DNA of 62,427 nucleotides, the filler included, from Nemertoderma westbladi (lineage: Eukaryota > Animalia > Xenacoelomorpha), in NCBI GenBank assembly GCA_032718475.1. It is 3 parts of 3 records of this genome, joined end to end, with 100 filler letters (N's around TTAATTAATTAA, not from the genome) between each part and the next. Parts side by side here need not be neighbours in the genome. Positions count along the whole stretch, not along the records: positions 47,950 to 62,427 come from JAUCBJ010005453.1; 2 more parts are not named here. The stretch is one strand, 5' to 3'. Positions 48,166-62,282 of the stretch are shown piece after piece (positions within the stretch are counted from its first letter, which is position 1; each line of letters opens with the position of its first letter). Under the pieces are notes generated by a model, which was not told where the DNA came from, made no database searches, and saw only the letters and a list, made by a program, of their open reading frames with translations. Both the position numbers and the translations under genes were made by a program.

Positions 48166-49377
48166 TCACGTCTCCAGCATCGGCGTTTTTCCCCCTGGTG
48201 TAGGAATAACGGCAACACTGCTTGTTGTATTATTGCTTGTAGACTTGTTTGGGTAAATTTTGTTGAACTTTGGAGGGAGGGATTGCAATACTTGCAGTGC
48301 TTGAATAGAGTCATCATCTGACAATTTTGAGAGATGTGCCATCATGGAATAATGTGCTTGTTCATAATCAATTTCAGTCGTTGAAACCTGCTGAGCAGAA
48401 GTGGAAATTGGGTTTGATAACGCACTAGTTTCAGTATCTCCTCGCTCATGAGCAATGCATACGCTCCTAACATGTTTAACTGTGAGTTTTGTAGGTTGTA
48501 ATGCAAACAGCTTCCTTTGTAATTCCATATTATTAATTCCGCACATCATGCGGGTGACCAGATGGTTGTCTGCACAAGTGCAACCTGTTTCTGGTTCGGT
48601 TAACTCTTGTAAGCTAAGAAGGCGTTCGTAAAAGTTTTCAAAAGATTCGCCTGCTGTTTGGTGACATCTTTCGTAATCACAACGTCTCCTTGCTAAGCTG
48701 GATTTTTCTGTAAAATACTGTTCTATTTCAGTTAAAATTTGTTCTACTGGTTTTCGTGTGTTAATAGATATGCCCATAGTAAATCTCAATTTTGTAATCA
48801 TTTCACTTGATAGACATGCAAATAAATGACCAACCTGATCTCCTGGTTCCATGTGGCGCATATTGTTGATTCGATAATGGACAGAAAACTTGTCGTGCCA
48901 TACCTTGAAAGATTGCAAAGATATTGAAGTACATAGTTCTTGTGGTTGACTATTCCTGTCAATACGGAAATTCGAACCTGGACGAGGTCGCGTATCTGTG
49001 ACGTCATTGTTTGCAGTAGAAGAGGTATTAGCGTTTGTTACTCGAGTAGACTCATGATACAGACGGGTAGCTAGTTTAATTGCTTTTCTGGATGTTAAAA
49101 TTTTGGTTTGAAATTCGTCGATGCGAAGTGTATGTGTATCATCTTCACCTGTGGGCTCAATTTCCTGGACAAGGAGATGAGCATTGAAATATCGCTCTAT
49201 GGATGCACTGAATTCTTCTACCATGTTCTCCATTTCTTCGATGTCTTCAACTGTAATATTCTCTATATTTGAGTGGAGATATTCATCGTGGGCCTTGTCA
49301 AGTCTTCGCAGTGCTTTTCCACAGTAGCCATAGTGTGCAGAACGAGAGTTCTTTAATTTATTTAATGTAGCATCCAT
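48166..49377 (-). CDS. Ty3/Gypsy-type Gag (capsid) protein
   Basis: FKVWHDKF..QVGHLFACL..IEQYF..RRCDYERCHQTAGESFENFYERL..LVTRMMCGINNMELQRKL (MHR-like Q..GES..F..RL); no CCHC knuckle or pol seen. Confidence 0.8.
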   Translation of the reverse strand: MDATLNKLKNSRSAHYGYCGKALRRLDKAHDEYLHSNIENITVEDIEEMENMVEEFSASIERYFNAHLLVQEIEPTGEDDTHTLRIDEFQTKILTSRKAIKLATRLYHESTRVTNANTSSTANNDVTDTRPRPGSNFRIDRNSQPQELCTSISLQSFKVWHDKFSVHYRINNMRHMEPGDQVGHLFACLSSEMITKLRFTMGISINTRKPVEQILTEIEQYFTEKSSLARRRCDYERCHQTAGESFENFYERLLSLQELTEPETGCTCADNHLVTRMMCGINNMELQRKLFALQPTKLTVKHVRSVCIAHERGDTETSALSNPISTSAQQVSTTEIDYEQAHYSMMAHLSKLSDDDSIQALQVLQSLPPKFNKIYPNKSTSNNTTSSVAVIPTPGGKTPMLET

Positions 49378-49476
49378 TGTGATTATAATAAAACATTCAA
49401 TGAATTAAATAATGTATAAATAATATTTAATTAATTTTAATATAATTAAGTAAATTTGAATTGTTAGTTTTATTTT

Positions 49477-49746
49477 CCAATCGCAGCGCCATGTTCGGTT
49501 GAACATAAATCAATAAAATAATATTATATTATTTAGGACAAAATGCTTTTAATATTTTTCTCAATAGATGGCTTGACATATATGTGAGACAATCCACCAC
49601 CATTAATTAATATTACTAAAAACCTTCAGCTGAGTGCACTGTACAGAATACAAACATAGAACTAAACACATAGTAATATGTGGCGCTGTTTATGCACACA
49701 TATAATGAAGGTCCATATTAGATATTGAGTATACATCCTACTGTAC
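49477..49746 (-). mobile_element. Putative 5' LTR and primer-binding site of the gypsy element
   Basis: Minus strand ...CCGAACA|TGGCGCTGCGATTGG (LTR end CA followed by a TGG PBS), about 115 bp upstream of the gag ATG; LTR start near 49735-49746 is uncertain. Confidence 0.6.
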
Positions 49747-49983
49747 ACCTAACGACTTAGGTTTACCTAACGACTTAGGTTTACCTAACGACTTAGGTTT
49801 ACCTAACGAATTAGGTTTACCTAACGAATTAGGTTTACCTAACGAATTAGGTTTACCTAACGACTTAGGTTTACCTAACGACTTAGGTTTACCTAACGAC
49901 TTAGGTTTACCTAACGAATTAGGTTTACCTAACGACTTAGGTTTACCTAACGACTTAGGTTTACCTAACGACTTAGGTTTACC
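49747..49983. repeat. 18 bp minisatellite (~13 units) starting at a spectrin splice donor
   Basis: Minus-strand unit GTAAACCTAA(G/T)TCGTTAG, beginning exactly at TCAG|GTAAAC. Confidence 0.93.
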
Positions 49984-52900
49984 TGACGGCGGCCGTTTTA
50001 TCTTCTGTTTTCGCCACCGCTCATTCTCTTCCTCCGCATGCCGCTTCCTCTCAGCCTCCAACTTCTCCCGCTCCTCTCTACGTATTCGTTCGCGCTCCTC
50101 GGCCTCCATGGATTCTTTCTTCCTCATCTCTGCCTCCTCCCGTTCTCGTGGCTGACGCTGTTCGATCTATAACACATTAGTGCGTTACCATGAGAACATA
50201 AAAAAAATACGATAACGGGCTACTAACAGGATGTTGATACGTCATTGGAAACTCGGTTAATAAAGGTTGAAGAGTTATTAGAGGCACAAAGACTCACCAA
50301 TGACAACCTCTTAACGTTTTCAACCTTCGCAGTTAAACCCTTTAACACCTCCCCAAACTCGTCGTGGTGTTTAATCAAATCATCTACTTCATCAATTGAA
50401 TTCTGAAATGCAACAGTTTTTACAGTTATAGACACAAATCCCAAAATTATATGAACACGGAACAATATGTTATGGTAAACCCTGAAGTCGATATGGAGTC
50501 GATATTAATAATGCTGCAGACTATTGTAAGTAGAGATGGTTTTATAAATATGTTGCAAGTCATTTTGCTCAATTCCATGGCAACATATACACTATATTTT
50601 TCTTGCAAACTTTGTAATTTCTCATATACAATAGGTGTCACGCGTTATATAACTCAAACGATGCGAAATGACAAGGAGGATCTACCCAAAATAACGATGA
50701 ATCGAAGATTAAGGGATCGCCGAACCTTTTCATCAAAATTTACAGAATATGTGAACAATAACATCTAATAATTTAAAAAGTGCTGCCAATTTTTGACGAA
50801 ATAAAAAAAACGGATCCATATTAACCACAACTTTCGGTGGAAATTAACAATAAAATTATTGTATATATTTAAAACTCTGTAAAGTTGCAAGTTACTACAG
50901 TACTTTATTAGTAGTAAATCTATAATAAAGTAATTCAGTTAACTAACGAGTGCTAAATTAGATTCCGTGCCATATGTGTACTGGTTAACACGCCTTAAAA
51001 TATCCTGAATAATGATACTATGTGTTCAAGGTGGATTCTAGTATTCTACACATTAGATTAATGTGACCCGGGTCTAACACATCGCACTGATAATTATTAA
51101 TTACAGTTAATTATACACCGTAGGTAGACCTACCCCAAACTCAGATAGCTTGGCCTCATTGTCCTTATTTATCATCCACGCGTTGGCGTCACCCATCTCC
51201 CCGAACAGTTTGTAAACATCGACCTGCTGTTCGTAAACCTCCTTCCTTTGATTCCAGGTGTTCTTCAACAGGTCCCGGGCCTTTTGTAACTTATTGAGTT
51301 TATTTCTAATCTAATAATTAATTAGTAATAATGTGTCAAGCTACGGCTTATTCAAGATAAAAAAAAAGAGAAAAAAAAGCGTAAAAAAAATGAAATACAT
51401 TAAAACTCCAACCAAATTCCAAAATGTCTCAAATGCGATTTATAAAGTTTCCATTGAAAATGACCACCTCCCCTCTCTGGCTGTTACCTGTAATGTAGTA
51501 AGAGAGAGCGCCATACCCAAAGGTAAACATTCCATGACTTAAAAACTTTATTTACTCCCCCAGTAGAAGCCAGATTACCATTGTACCGCTGGGTATGCCT
51601 TGAGCACTAATGTCTACAGTATCGTGCTTAGGGACACAACAGTTGGGAATTCCTACTCTTCTATTTCTACAGCTCGGGCACTCTATTGTATCCACAGTGG
51701 CACTAGCCACCAAATATTTGTTTAATTTCGACATCATTGCACAAAAAAAACTATGTTAGTGATTTGGAATCAAAATGATTATTCTAAATCTTGTTGCCAA
51801 GGTAACTTACCTCGGTCGGTACGGAACCTTCGTCATCCTTAAACTTTTCTCCAGATTTTTCGAAAAGTTCGATTTCCTTTGACAGCGATTTTATATCATC
51901 ATAGAGATCCAAATGCGTAGCTAGCTGGTGTTGGGAACCAATCAAATCGCGTGGAATGTCACTGGGGTTCATTGCCGACATAATCTGATTGGCTAAGGCC
52001 ATCAAATGATCGTATTGACCCAGCAAATCCTTCTCCCCTTCTCCTAAGCTCAAACGACTTCGTTCTTGATCAACTTTCTTCTGAAGTTTTTTCCAATCCT
52101 TGGCAAGACTTTTTTGCAATTTACTTATATCAACTTCCACATGAGGGATGGTTTCAATCAACTGATCACCTTCCTTATTAAGGTTGTCCACCTGGTCTCC
52201 AATAGCGGCAGTACTCCGTTCTAGATCGACAACATTCCCCCGAATATCATCGATGTCTTTATCCTTACCCCGTAATTGCCCGAGGCTGTCCAGCTTCTCT
52301 CCAATCCACGTCTTCGTATCATCAACGTCCCTTCCATAACGATGAACCTTTTTAGCTTCGAGTAGGCCATTCTCCCTCCCACCTGCACTTTTCTCCAACG
52401 CCTTCCACGCCTCATCGACATCGGCAATGCGATCAGAAACCAACTTTTTATCACCGGCGTTGCGACTTTCAGCTAATTGCAGACCCCGGCCGCGGGTATC
52501 TTTGTACACGACTTCGTGATTGGCCACATCCCGTTGAACCTCAGCAAATTCGTCCAATAGGACCTCAACATGCTCATAATCATCCCCAAACTCTCCAATC
52601 ATTAACTGCTGTTGTTTCTCACCGATCCAGTTATATTCGTCCTCCAACTCCGTAAGATAATCGAACATTTGTTTCCTATCGTTGAGTCTTATACCCCTGT
52701 TTGCTGCTGTGACAGTCAATTTATTGTAATTTTCAAGGAGATTGTCTTGAATACTTTGCAAACCTCCAAGCTTTTCACTTCTTTCATTCAGGTTTTCGAT
52801 TGTTTCCTTATAATTATCAATACCTTCTTTCCAAACATCGAGTTTTTTAAGTTGTCTAGCAACCCCATCATCGTCGTTACCTAAATCAGTGGATTCCAAT

Positions 52901-55900
52901 TGGTTACTAGTATCATTTATCCAGACCAACGAGTCACTAGTATCAGCCTTGTACTGCTCGACATCCAAAGACAATTGGAGTTGATTTCGTCTTTGTGATA
53001 AAGAATCCCGCAGTTTATCCAGTTTATTTGTGACATCATTAATAGCCTGCCGAATAACATCTTTGGCGTAATGCCTATCTGAAATCATTGAGTGCCCCCT
53101 CGATGTAAGTTGGCGAACAATCTGTTCATGGGATTTGACATCCTGTTCATAACCTGAATGGATTTTAATTAACTTGAGTGCGGAATTAAGATCATCTCCA
53201 AACTCAGAATTAGACCCTTTCAACTTTCTATCAATCCAGTTCTCCTCCTCTTCTACATCGTTAATAAATTCCTTCAGCTGCAGGGCAGAGTTTAAATGAT
53301 CTTTACGTATTTTTGAGGCCTCATATAAATGGCTGTATCTTTCTGTGACTGCATTCATAATATCCTCCAAATTATTGGTTAGATAATGATCAGCATCTCT
53401 AAAGACGGCGACTGTATCAGCAAGGCTGTCCACCTTGTCTCTCTTGGAGTTGATACTCTTAACCAGAGGCTCCTGTTTCTTGATGAGTTTCTTTGTGGTT
53501 TGGATGTTTCTCCCAATATCCTCACTACTAAATTCCTCCTCTAAACCATCCATCCACTTATTTAGATCGTCAGCAGTGCGGTGGAATGTCTGAACCTGGT
53601 ACGCTTGGCGGAGGAGTAGGCGTTTCTCGTTGCTACGCTCGATTAGGATAGACCAATTAAGGACCAACTCTTCGGCAGGTTCGGTTACTGATTGGATACT
53701 GACTGGAAGCAAGTCCTGCAATCGAGTAGATTCCTCTGTCAATACATGAAGTCGGTTATGGTTAGCCTCAACTTCGGACTCAAATGTCTGATGTTTCTGA
53801 ATTTTTGCCATTAAGTTGGTTAATTCTTTCCAACTTTCATCCATGGCAACTTTAGTTTTCTCCCTAATCCAACTACTAAAGTCGCTCGCGTTTTTGAGAT
53901 ACAGCTGATATCGGTATGACAGTTTAAGTTTACCATCGTGTGTTTGGCTAAGGTTGATAAGATTACACCAGCGCTCCTGCAAATCTCTATTTGTTTCTTT
54001 AATTAGCGACATATCGTAGTGGTTTTTCTTAATTAAATCCTTTCCCATCGCCACTGCCTCGCTTATTTTCAATCCCTGGTGCTCAAGACTAGACTCTAAG
54101 GACGAATGCGTTTTCATTAGATTTGTAACAGTATCCATTGAATTGCCTACCTTTGCATTCTTCAAACCCATCTCTGTGACCCTTATCCAATCGCAGCAGT
54201 AATCCACTTGCTCCAAGTAATTAACTAATTGCAGACACTGCCCCAGTTTACTGTCCAGTTTATTCCATTCCTCATCTAAATTTGATTGGATGTCTTTTAG
54301 ATTATGCATCTGTCCTTGCACATCGGTGGAGGCAGGGTGACGAATATTATTCATCTCTATTCCTGCTTTATCTAGAGCTTCAAATTCCTTCGCTTTAGAT
54401 TTAATAGCTAATTGACGGTCCTTATGTTTGTCGGTAGCTAAGTAACACAGAGATATATTACTTGGCATTTCAGTTCCTTGCATTTCGGCTATTATTCCTT
54501 CACTCCAACCAACCAACTTCCCATAATCACGGTTGAAGGATTGATACTGAAGTCCCAGGTCTAGTCGATGTTTCCTTTCCTGTATGAGTTTCCCTAGTCG
54601 GTTCCAGTTTTTCATAATAATTTCCAACCTTTCTGCAATTATTCCTGACATTTTTTTGTGTGATTTCATTAATTTATGACCTTCTGAATTCTTTGATTTA
54701 AGTCGTTTATCCAACTCACCAACATCCTGGTGAATTTCTTCAAATTTCCGCAGCAACTTCTCACACGAGTTAACACTTTTACCAACTTCTTCACTTGACA
54801 TGGCTGAAATTTTTTCATCTATATCATCTTTAATGTCATCTAGTTCCATGGTGTACTTGTGGACATTGAGAGCCCCATCTAAAACTCCTCTATAAGCTTG
54901 CCTTTCTTTTTCAACATCTTTGTAATTATGATTTAATTCCTTCCGATGTTTATCCACATCACTCACCATTGGCTGCTTACTAGCTACAAGTTTATCAGCC
55001 AATTTATTAATAACTTTAATCCGACTGTTGTCCACGAGTACGGGAGAATCTTTGCATTCGAGCTTGTCAATCAATGATTGGCAGTGTTCAAAATCCCGAC
55101 CAGTATCATTGGCTGCAGTTAACTCGCGCTGATTCCTTATCCAATCGTCTACAAGTTCAGCATTCCTATTAAATTCAACTAAATCTTTAACTTCATCCAG
55201 GATCTTACCTCTAACTTCCAGCATGTGCAATAAATACGCAAAACATTTCTCCAAATTATGTACCTTTTTTTCTATGCCTTTTTTGTTTTTATTCTTATTT
55301 TTGACAAGATTCTGCCCATCTTGCATAATTAGATTGATCTTTGGTTCCATCGCACGAATCTCCGCCTCATACCCAAGATGTTTCTGTAGCAATGCAACCT
55401 TTTCTTTAATATCAGTAATATTGTGGTAAGACTTTTGTTCAACCTCATATGTTTTTTCATTAATCCAACTTTGCCATTGTTCATAATCATCTAGAAATCG
55501 ACTGTAAGCCAACTCTGACTCCAATTTTATGATCTTCTGTTTTGCTAAATTGGAAACTTCTTCATGCTGATCAATTGTCCCAGACACTCTCTTTTTAATG
55601 CTTGAAGTGTCGAGATGTAACTTAGATATCAGTGAATTGCCATTTTTGGACAAATTATCCATTTTAATTTTATCAGGGCCACTAATTCTTGCCTCTAGTT
55701 TTTTGTAGTTTTTTAATGAAGATTCCAATTCAATGGCGGCATTAGTTTCATCCACTGGTACCTCTAAATACTTCTTGCGACTATCCATAAGAGATTGAAA
55801 CCTTTTAGTATCCCGAAGAAACTCATGCATCTCATGTAACTCATCTAAATATATTCTATGTTCTTCCCAACTTCTCTCAAGTTCATCTTTGCATTTTACT

Positions 55901-58900
55901 AGTTCAGCAATTTTTGATTTAACAGTTTCGCTATTGGGATGATTATTGGATAGTAACTGTTCTCCACGATATATGACACTCTCATACATATTTTCCCTAG
56001 CCCGAATTTCATTCTGCAACAACATGTGTTGGTTTTTTAACATGTCACAAGCTGAAACATCACCAACATTAGATTTTATATCGATTCCTTTACGAACTTC
56101 CTTATACCATCCAATAATACCATCGGCATCACTCAAAAACTTATAATAGTCGAAATAAGAATCCAAATCATCCTTATGGCAATTACCTTTATTTTTCAAC
56201 TCTGTCCAACTTCCCTCTAAATCTGATCGTTTCTTTCTAATTTGTTCAGCATTCGGTCCTGGATATTTCGCTTCCAATACGTTGCCATCACGCCTTACAA
56301 AGTCCAGCTGCATCTCTAATGCAATTAGTTCATTGTCAAAGTCTTTCTGTCTTTTTAATAGACTTTTATTTTCACTTAATGATTTCCCTACATCTGTTGG
56401 TAGTTGGCTATATTTTTCATCTACAACTTGATTTAATTCTATTATATCCCTATTTAAGGTATGTATTTGTGCAGCAGCATCCAGGTTCCTCTCCCTGTCC
56501 TCAGCTGATGCTACTAGAGTATTCCACATTGTTTTTACCTTATCCTGCCTCTCCTGTACCTTGTGAGAAAATGGTCTCTTCTTTGAAATTAATTCCTTGG
56601 CAACACTTTCACACCCTTTAAAAACCTTTCTGCCTGAGTCAAAATCGTTTTTCAGCACTGCAAGTCTTTTCTGAAGGTCTTGGCACTCATCATAATCGAC
56701 GCCATAGTCATCAGATGTCGCTAAGGGTAGCCGCTTCTCCATCCACTGAATGAACTCACTAGACTCTCGCCAATAATCATGATAATTCTTCTCCAAGTCT
56801 AAATGATAAATCCTAGAGTCACACATAGATTGTAGGTTTGCAAGTCCATCTTGAACCGACTCAAGCCTCTCGCTTACTGACTGACTGTCAGGATGTCCTG
56901 CATCAATAATATCCTGAGCATCATCGCCAAGTTTATCGACTATACTGTAGTAAGTTCCTATATCAGTGTCGAGGTCTTTGTATTTCAACCGAGCCCTGTT
57001 TACTGCTTCCTCATCTGCCGTTTCCATAGGAACATTTAAATGTTCCTGCTTTTCAGTTATCCATGATTCGACGTCATAGCACTTGGAAGAAAACCTTTCT
57101 AGCTCTAAGTTTCTACTAAGATCATTATTCCTTGACTTACATTCATCATTCAAATTATTCCAATCACTAGCCAGAGAACTGCACTCCCGATCAATATCAG
57201 GTGACCTCCTATGACCGCCTTCAACCATGCCTTTTCCTTTTAGTAAAACTTTTTTGATTTGAGGTTCATGGACTGCTAATTCTGATTCCAGATTCTGTTG
57301 TTTTTTACAAAGAATTTCAGCTTCCCCTAGATTGGTACTATGCTTAGGATCATTGGGCAATGGACGATGCTCATTAATCCACTGCTTTTCCTCACTAATA
57401 TCTCTTAGTAACTCATGGTAGGTTAAGTTATCTTGTAGTTTGGCCTTATGTTCAGCTAATGGACCTTCCAAATCACTCAATCTTTTGTCTAATTCGTCAG
57501 CCAACCGCTTCAGATCACCAGCACCAGGGTCACCCCGTTTTGCTGCATCATCCGCTGCCAGTCTGAGTCTATCCCGTTCAGCCAGCAATGCATCAAATTC
57601 CTGCTGGATGTCATTGTGCCGTTTCATATTATCTTTGGTTGAAGACAAATCATCACCCGTTTTCGATTTACCATCCAATAATCGTTTCAGTTGATCAACT
57701 TTATCTAAAGCAGCATTAAATTCCCGCGATAGGGCCGAATGGCTTTTTGCTTTGGATAATTTATTTTCCTTATTTGCAGTTTCATCAAGTAACTTCTTCC
57801 AAAGATCATTTAGCTCCTCTATAGTTTCCTTAACAGATTTAGATGCCCAATGTTTCTCCTTGATCAATTTTTCACCTTTGTTAACAACATTAACCAAATT
57901 TCCATTATTCATCTTTACTTCTGAAGTAAATACTTCATGTCTCTTTAATTTATTTTCTAAGTTCCCACTCTCTTTATACCCCTCATCATTAGCAATCACT
58001 CTCTTTTCAGTTATCCAATCTCGGAGTTCCCCAGCATCCCTGCGGAACTCCTCATATTCATGCGCCTCCATTAACTGTTTGCCCCGCTTTTCTGCTCGTC
58101 GTTTTAAATCGTTTCTATTCTGCACCACATCATTACGTTTATTGTCGACTATTTCAGATGCGTAATTATTATCATTTATAATCTGGTCAGCCATCGAGTT
58201 GAGATTGCGGAGCTTCACGTCCTGCATGCTGACCTTATCATTGAACTCTTTGTGTCGCTTTATCAAAGCATCAACAGCATCAATTGAATCGCCTGTATTG
58301 CCATAATCAAGAAAGTTATTGTGTACATCAGTCGCAGCATCAATTCTATTAGCTTCTTTCAGGAATAACAAAGTCTGTTTGCATTCATTAATCTTAAAAC
58401 ATTGAGATTTCCATTTATCAGGAAAATCATAAAAATGAGACTTTAGCAATACGAGTTTCTGCGATATTCCTGGAGTATCAGGGGCATTAACAAGGATCGA
58501 GTTACCAAGACCAATAGTAGTATGAAAGTCATCAATCTTTCTTTGGTATTCTTCTTCAAGTTCATGCAACTGTTTATCTATATCCATGCACTGCTGAACA
58601 TCGACAGGTAGTTCTTTACTGGAAACAATGAAGTTTGTGTCCTCAGCCCAATTCAATAGATCCTTCGAGTCGGCATGGAATTTATTTACACCCAATGCCT
58701 GCTCCAGCTGTCGCTTTGTATAATTGGCTTTATCTTGTGTTGCATTCCACGCATCATTAACCTCCTTCATCTTAGCCTTAATCTTTGGCTTTTCATCCGG
58801 ATGGTTGGACATCATTGTTTGGGATAGTAAATTTAATTTGTTTACCTTATCATTGACTGGTTTCAACTCTCTATCGATTGCATCTCTCTTCCGCTTCAGT

Positions 58901-61900
58901 GTTTGTTCTGACACAACATTTGATCCTCCAAGACTGTTACTGTCCAGTTGGATATCCTTAGCATTAATCCAATCAAGGGTGTCTACCTGCATCTGGTTGA
59001 ACAACTGAATCCCAGATACCCCTTCCAGTAGTTTTTCTCTCGCATCACGGAGATCCAGTAGATGACGCCACTTTCTCCTGATGTCTTCATGTCTACTACG
59101 AACCAGTTTCTGATTGGAGTGACCCGATCTATAATAATCCTCGGCCAAGTCATCAATGGCAATCAGTCGGGGTTCATTGGCTGACAATTCGGCAACAAAA
59201 TTCTCTAATTTCCTCTGCAGTTCTGGTATAGTAACACCCTCGGATGGATCCTTACCCAATGCAATCTCTTGCATTGTCATCCAACGCTCAAAGTCGTCAC
59301 ATTCCTTATTGAAGTTATACTGCTGTACTGCATCCTTAAGGAAGCTGGTACGAGCATTAGACTGGTTGCATAACCGATTGTAGGATGATGTAACTCCTTG
59401 CAGACGGAGTTTGACATTTTCAATATCAAACCGTTGCTTTGTAGTTTTTTTGCCTGCGACTTCATCCCCCCTCGCCTGTTCTTCTGGAATAGCGACAATC
59501 TTCATTGTTTTACGCCGTTTTATTCGCTCCCTTCGATTCTTGATCTTCTTAACCCTTATGGTCTCTGGAATGCTCGCCTTCCTCGTTGTCATTGTTGAGA
59601 CCCTCCGACTCCCCACTGGGACCACATAATCTGCTGGGACCAACCCTTTACCCATATATGGATGTTTCACCATCCACCAATGTGCATCAGTCTTCTCTAC
59701 CAGTTCCAGAACCTCTCCTTTATCTACAGCAAATCCTTCTTCTCCAAGGTATTTGTACTTCATCTTCACCTGTTGCACATCTGACTCCTCGGTAACAGGA
59801 ACTAAAACCTCCTTATTATATGTCTCATCCTCTTCGACCTCATAGGGGACGTCAACCTCATCCTCTATGAACTCATCAGCGACTCCCTCAGAACGTAACC
59901 CTGTTAGCTGATCCTGAGACTCCTTATATGTCGTTATCAGCTTAGCTGTTTCCCCCTCCAATCGTGTTATCTCCTCATTGTAACTCTTAATTTCTTGATT
60001 CAAATTTTCATGAGTTTTGAGAAGAATCTCCGCCGTTCTAGAATCCTTACCATAATCTTTAGACTCAGCCAATGGCACACGTTCTTTAATCCAACTTTCA
60101 GCTTCATTGATATCAATATAATATTTGTGAATCTCTCCAGCTGATATCAGACGGTCCTGTCTGTCTTCCAAGGCCGATTTTAAGTTGCCCATTTTATACT
60201 GCAGGTCTCCTATTCGAGGTTCAATTAACTTCCTCGGAAAGTTCAACTCAAGGAGGTGTTTTCCATCTTCGACCAGTTGACTGATTACTGGTTCTCTGAC
60301 AGCAACTTCTGCTTCTAGAACCCGCAGCTGTTGTTGTTGTGTAGCAACACCACGGATATCCTTGGCGGTTACAGGGGCAACCATGGTAGCAACGGAGTCA
60401 TCTAGCCAAATAATCTGATCATCTCCCTCTTGCATAAACTGATGGAACTTTCTAGAACGATCCAGTCTGAGTTTCTTGGCAACAGCAGCATCCTGTAAGT
60501 CTTGGAATTGAGTCTTTACTTCGTCGAATTGCCTGTTAAGCTTTGCTGAGTCAGGGTGGTTACACCTGTTTATGTTGTGAGCTTTCTTATCCATCTCGAC
60601 CAATCTCTCTTCTATATTACGGATGTTGGTGAGCTGCAACTGATGTTGTTGGATCAATTCGTCAACATCCATTAGATGATTTCCAACATCAGAGTTGCTA
60701 AGATGCGACTTGATCTCATCCATTTCTTCCTTTGTCAAATCGAGTGCCTTCTCTAGAGTGGCGGCATCACTAGCGCTTCCTAGTGTTTGATATATGAAGT
60801 CCAATTTCTTCTTTAGGGCATTCCACTTGTCAGTTATTGGTCGTTCGCGGCTTCTAATCGCAGCTTTGCTGTGGTAATTTTCCTTCTCCAATAAAACCAC
60901 TCGCGATTTTAAATCATCAAAGCGGTTCTGCCTGGCCAAGACGTCAGAGGTGAGCGCTTCGTGGCGTTTAAATGCGGCTTCGGGAGGTAACACAATGTCC
61001 GACGTAGACTGATCCTCGATCACTCTCTCCTTATCGTCCAACCAGGCAGCCCGAAGCTGCGCTTTCTTCTCAAACTGCCCTGCCAAATGTTCCAACTTCT
61101 CCTGTCTTATCAATTCGTCTCGCAATGCAATCTCACGGTTATGCTCCGCTTTCTCCAGCACTGCCCAAGCTTTCTCAATGTCAGATACAAGTTTACCTTC
61201 GGGTGGGCTATACGGTTTCCTTTTATTGGCTAACAGTTTCGTCTTGATATTAAAGAACTGCGCTTCTATTTCTCCCTTTTGTTTGAATTTAGGTGGTTTT
61301 TCCACGGATCTGAACTCGTTGAATTTCTGGGCTTCTGTCTGCAATTTACTTAAGGTGTTTGGAAATCGTCTTCCATTCAGCTCGTTCACAGCCCGGTTGA
61401 TCCAATCTAGTAGATCACTAATGAGTGTCTCGTATTCCTGCTTGGCTCGTTCTACGTCAACCATTACACCGATCGCGTTGGCCAACCGTCTGGCCCCTTT
61501 ATCCTCTTCCTTCATCTTGGCAAAGGCGTGGTAGTAAGCAGAAACGTATGTCATTATGGATTTATCATCTGGTTTAGGTACGTCAACATCTGTGAAACAG
61601 GAAAAATATTTCAATAATAAACTAATAACTCCCTACATAACCCCCCCCCCCCCCCCGCTCCCGTACTATATACATGTTTTGTACGTTTGCTTCTACTTGT
61701 ATTTATATTTATTTTTTAGATAGATTTGAATTCAATTTAATATTATCTGAATACCAATGAACAAAACTAAAAAATAAAACAAAACTGAATAAACGATAAC
61801 TTGTTAAAATATTCTAAACCAATAAAGAAAATAACTAGATAGCCAATGTATGCTCCAAATATTCCAGATAGCTTTAATAAAATAAATTACAAGAGTTTAA

Positions 61901-62272
61901 TGCTCTAATTTAATTAACTATATAAATGAATTGTAGTTGAGCTGATAATGCAACTTTAATGAATGACATTGTAATAAGTTGTTCAGAAATGGAAAAAATG
62001 AGAAAGCGCGTCACCGGGGGTTGAACCAACGTTATACGTACGTTTCGGCCTATCAGGCATGTTCAGAATGTTCAAAATAATGAGAAAATTAATATTTAAA
62101 TGTTTTAATTATATTAATAAATGTCATGTAAGTAAAGAAAATGATTACCAATTTACCTTCGGCGTCCAGGAGTTTGGGGATATCGAGATCTTTAGAAGCG
62201 ACATCGAAGGCGTTATTGAGATTCTTTTGGTGAGAATTCGGATCCAAATCGTCAAAGTGAATGAGATCCGGT
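49983..62272 (-). CDS. SPTBN5: Beta-heavy spectrin (karst/SMA-1/SPTBN5-like), partial; exons 62272-62157, 61589-51811, 51310-51134, 50402-50298, 50166-49983
   Basis: CH2 end ([44 protein letters not shown]), a long run of spectrin repeats and an embedded SH3 ([26 protein letters not shown]), which is diagnostic of beta-H. Exon phases are compatible. The N-terminus and PH domain lie outside the contig. Confidence 0.93.
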
Positions 62273-62282
62273 CTGGGAAAAC

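Noticed and set aside
52221-61534. Short antisense and alternative-frame ORFs over spectrin (and similarly over TOP3A, the LINE and the transposase)
   Set aside because: Shadow ORFs of long coding sequences with no recognisable motifs.
62005-62060. tRNA gene (minus-strand GGTTCAACCCC)
   Set aside because: Only a B-box-like arm with no cloverleaf; likely a SINE fragment.
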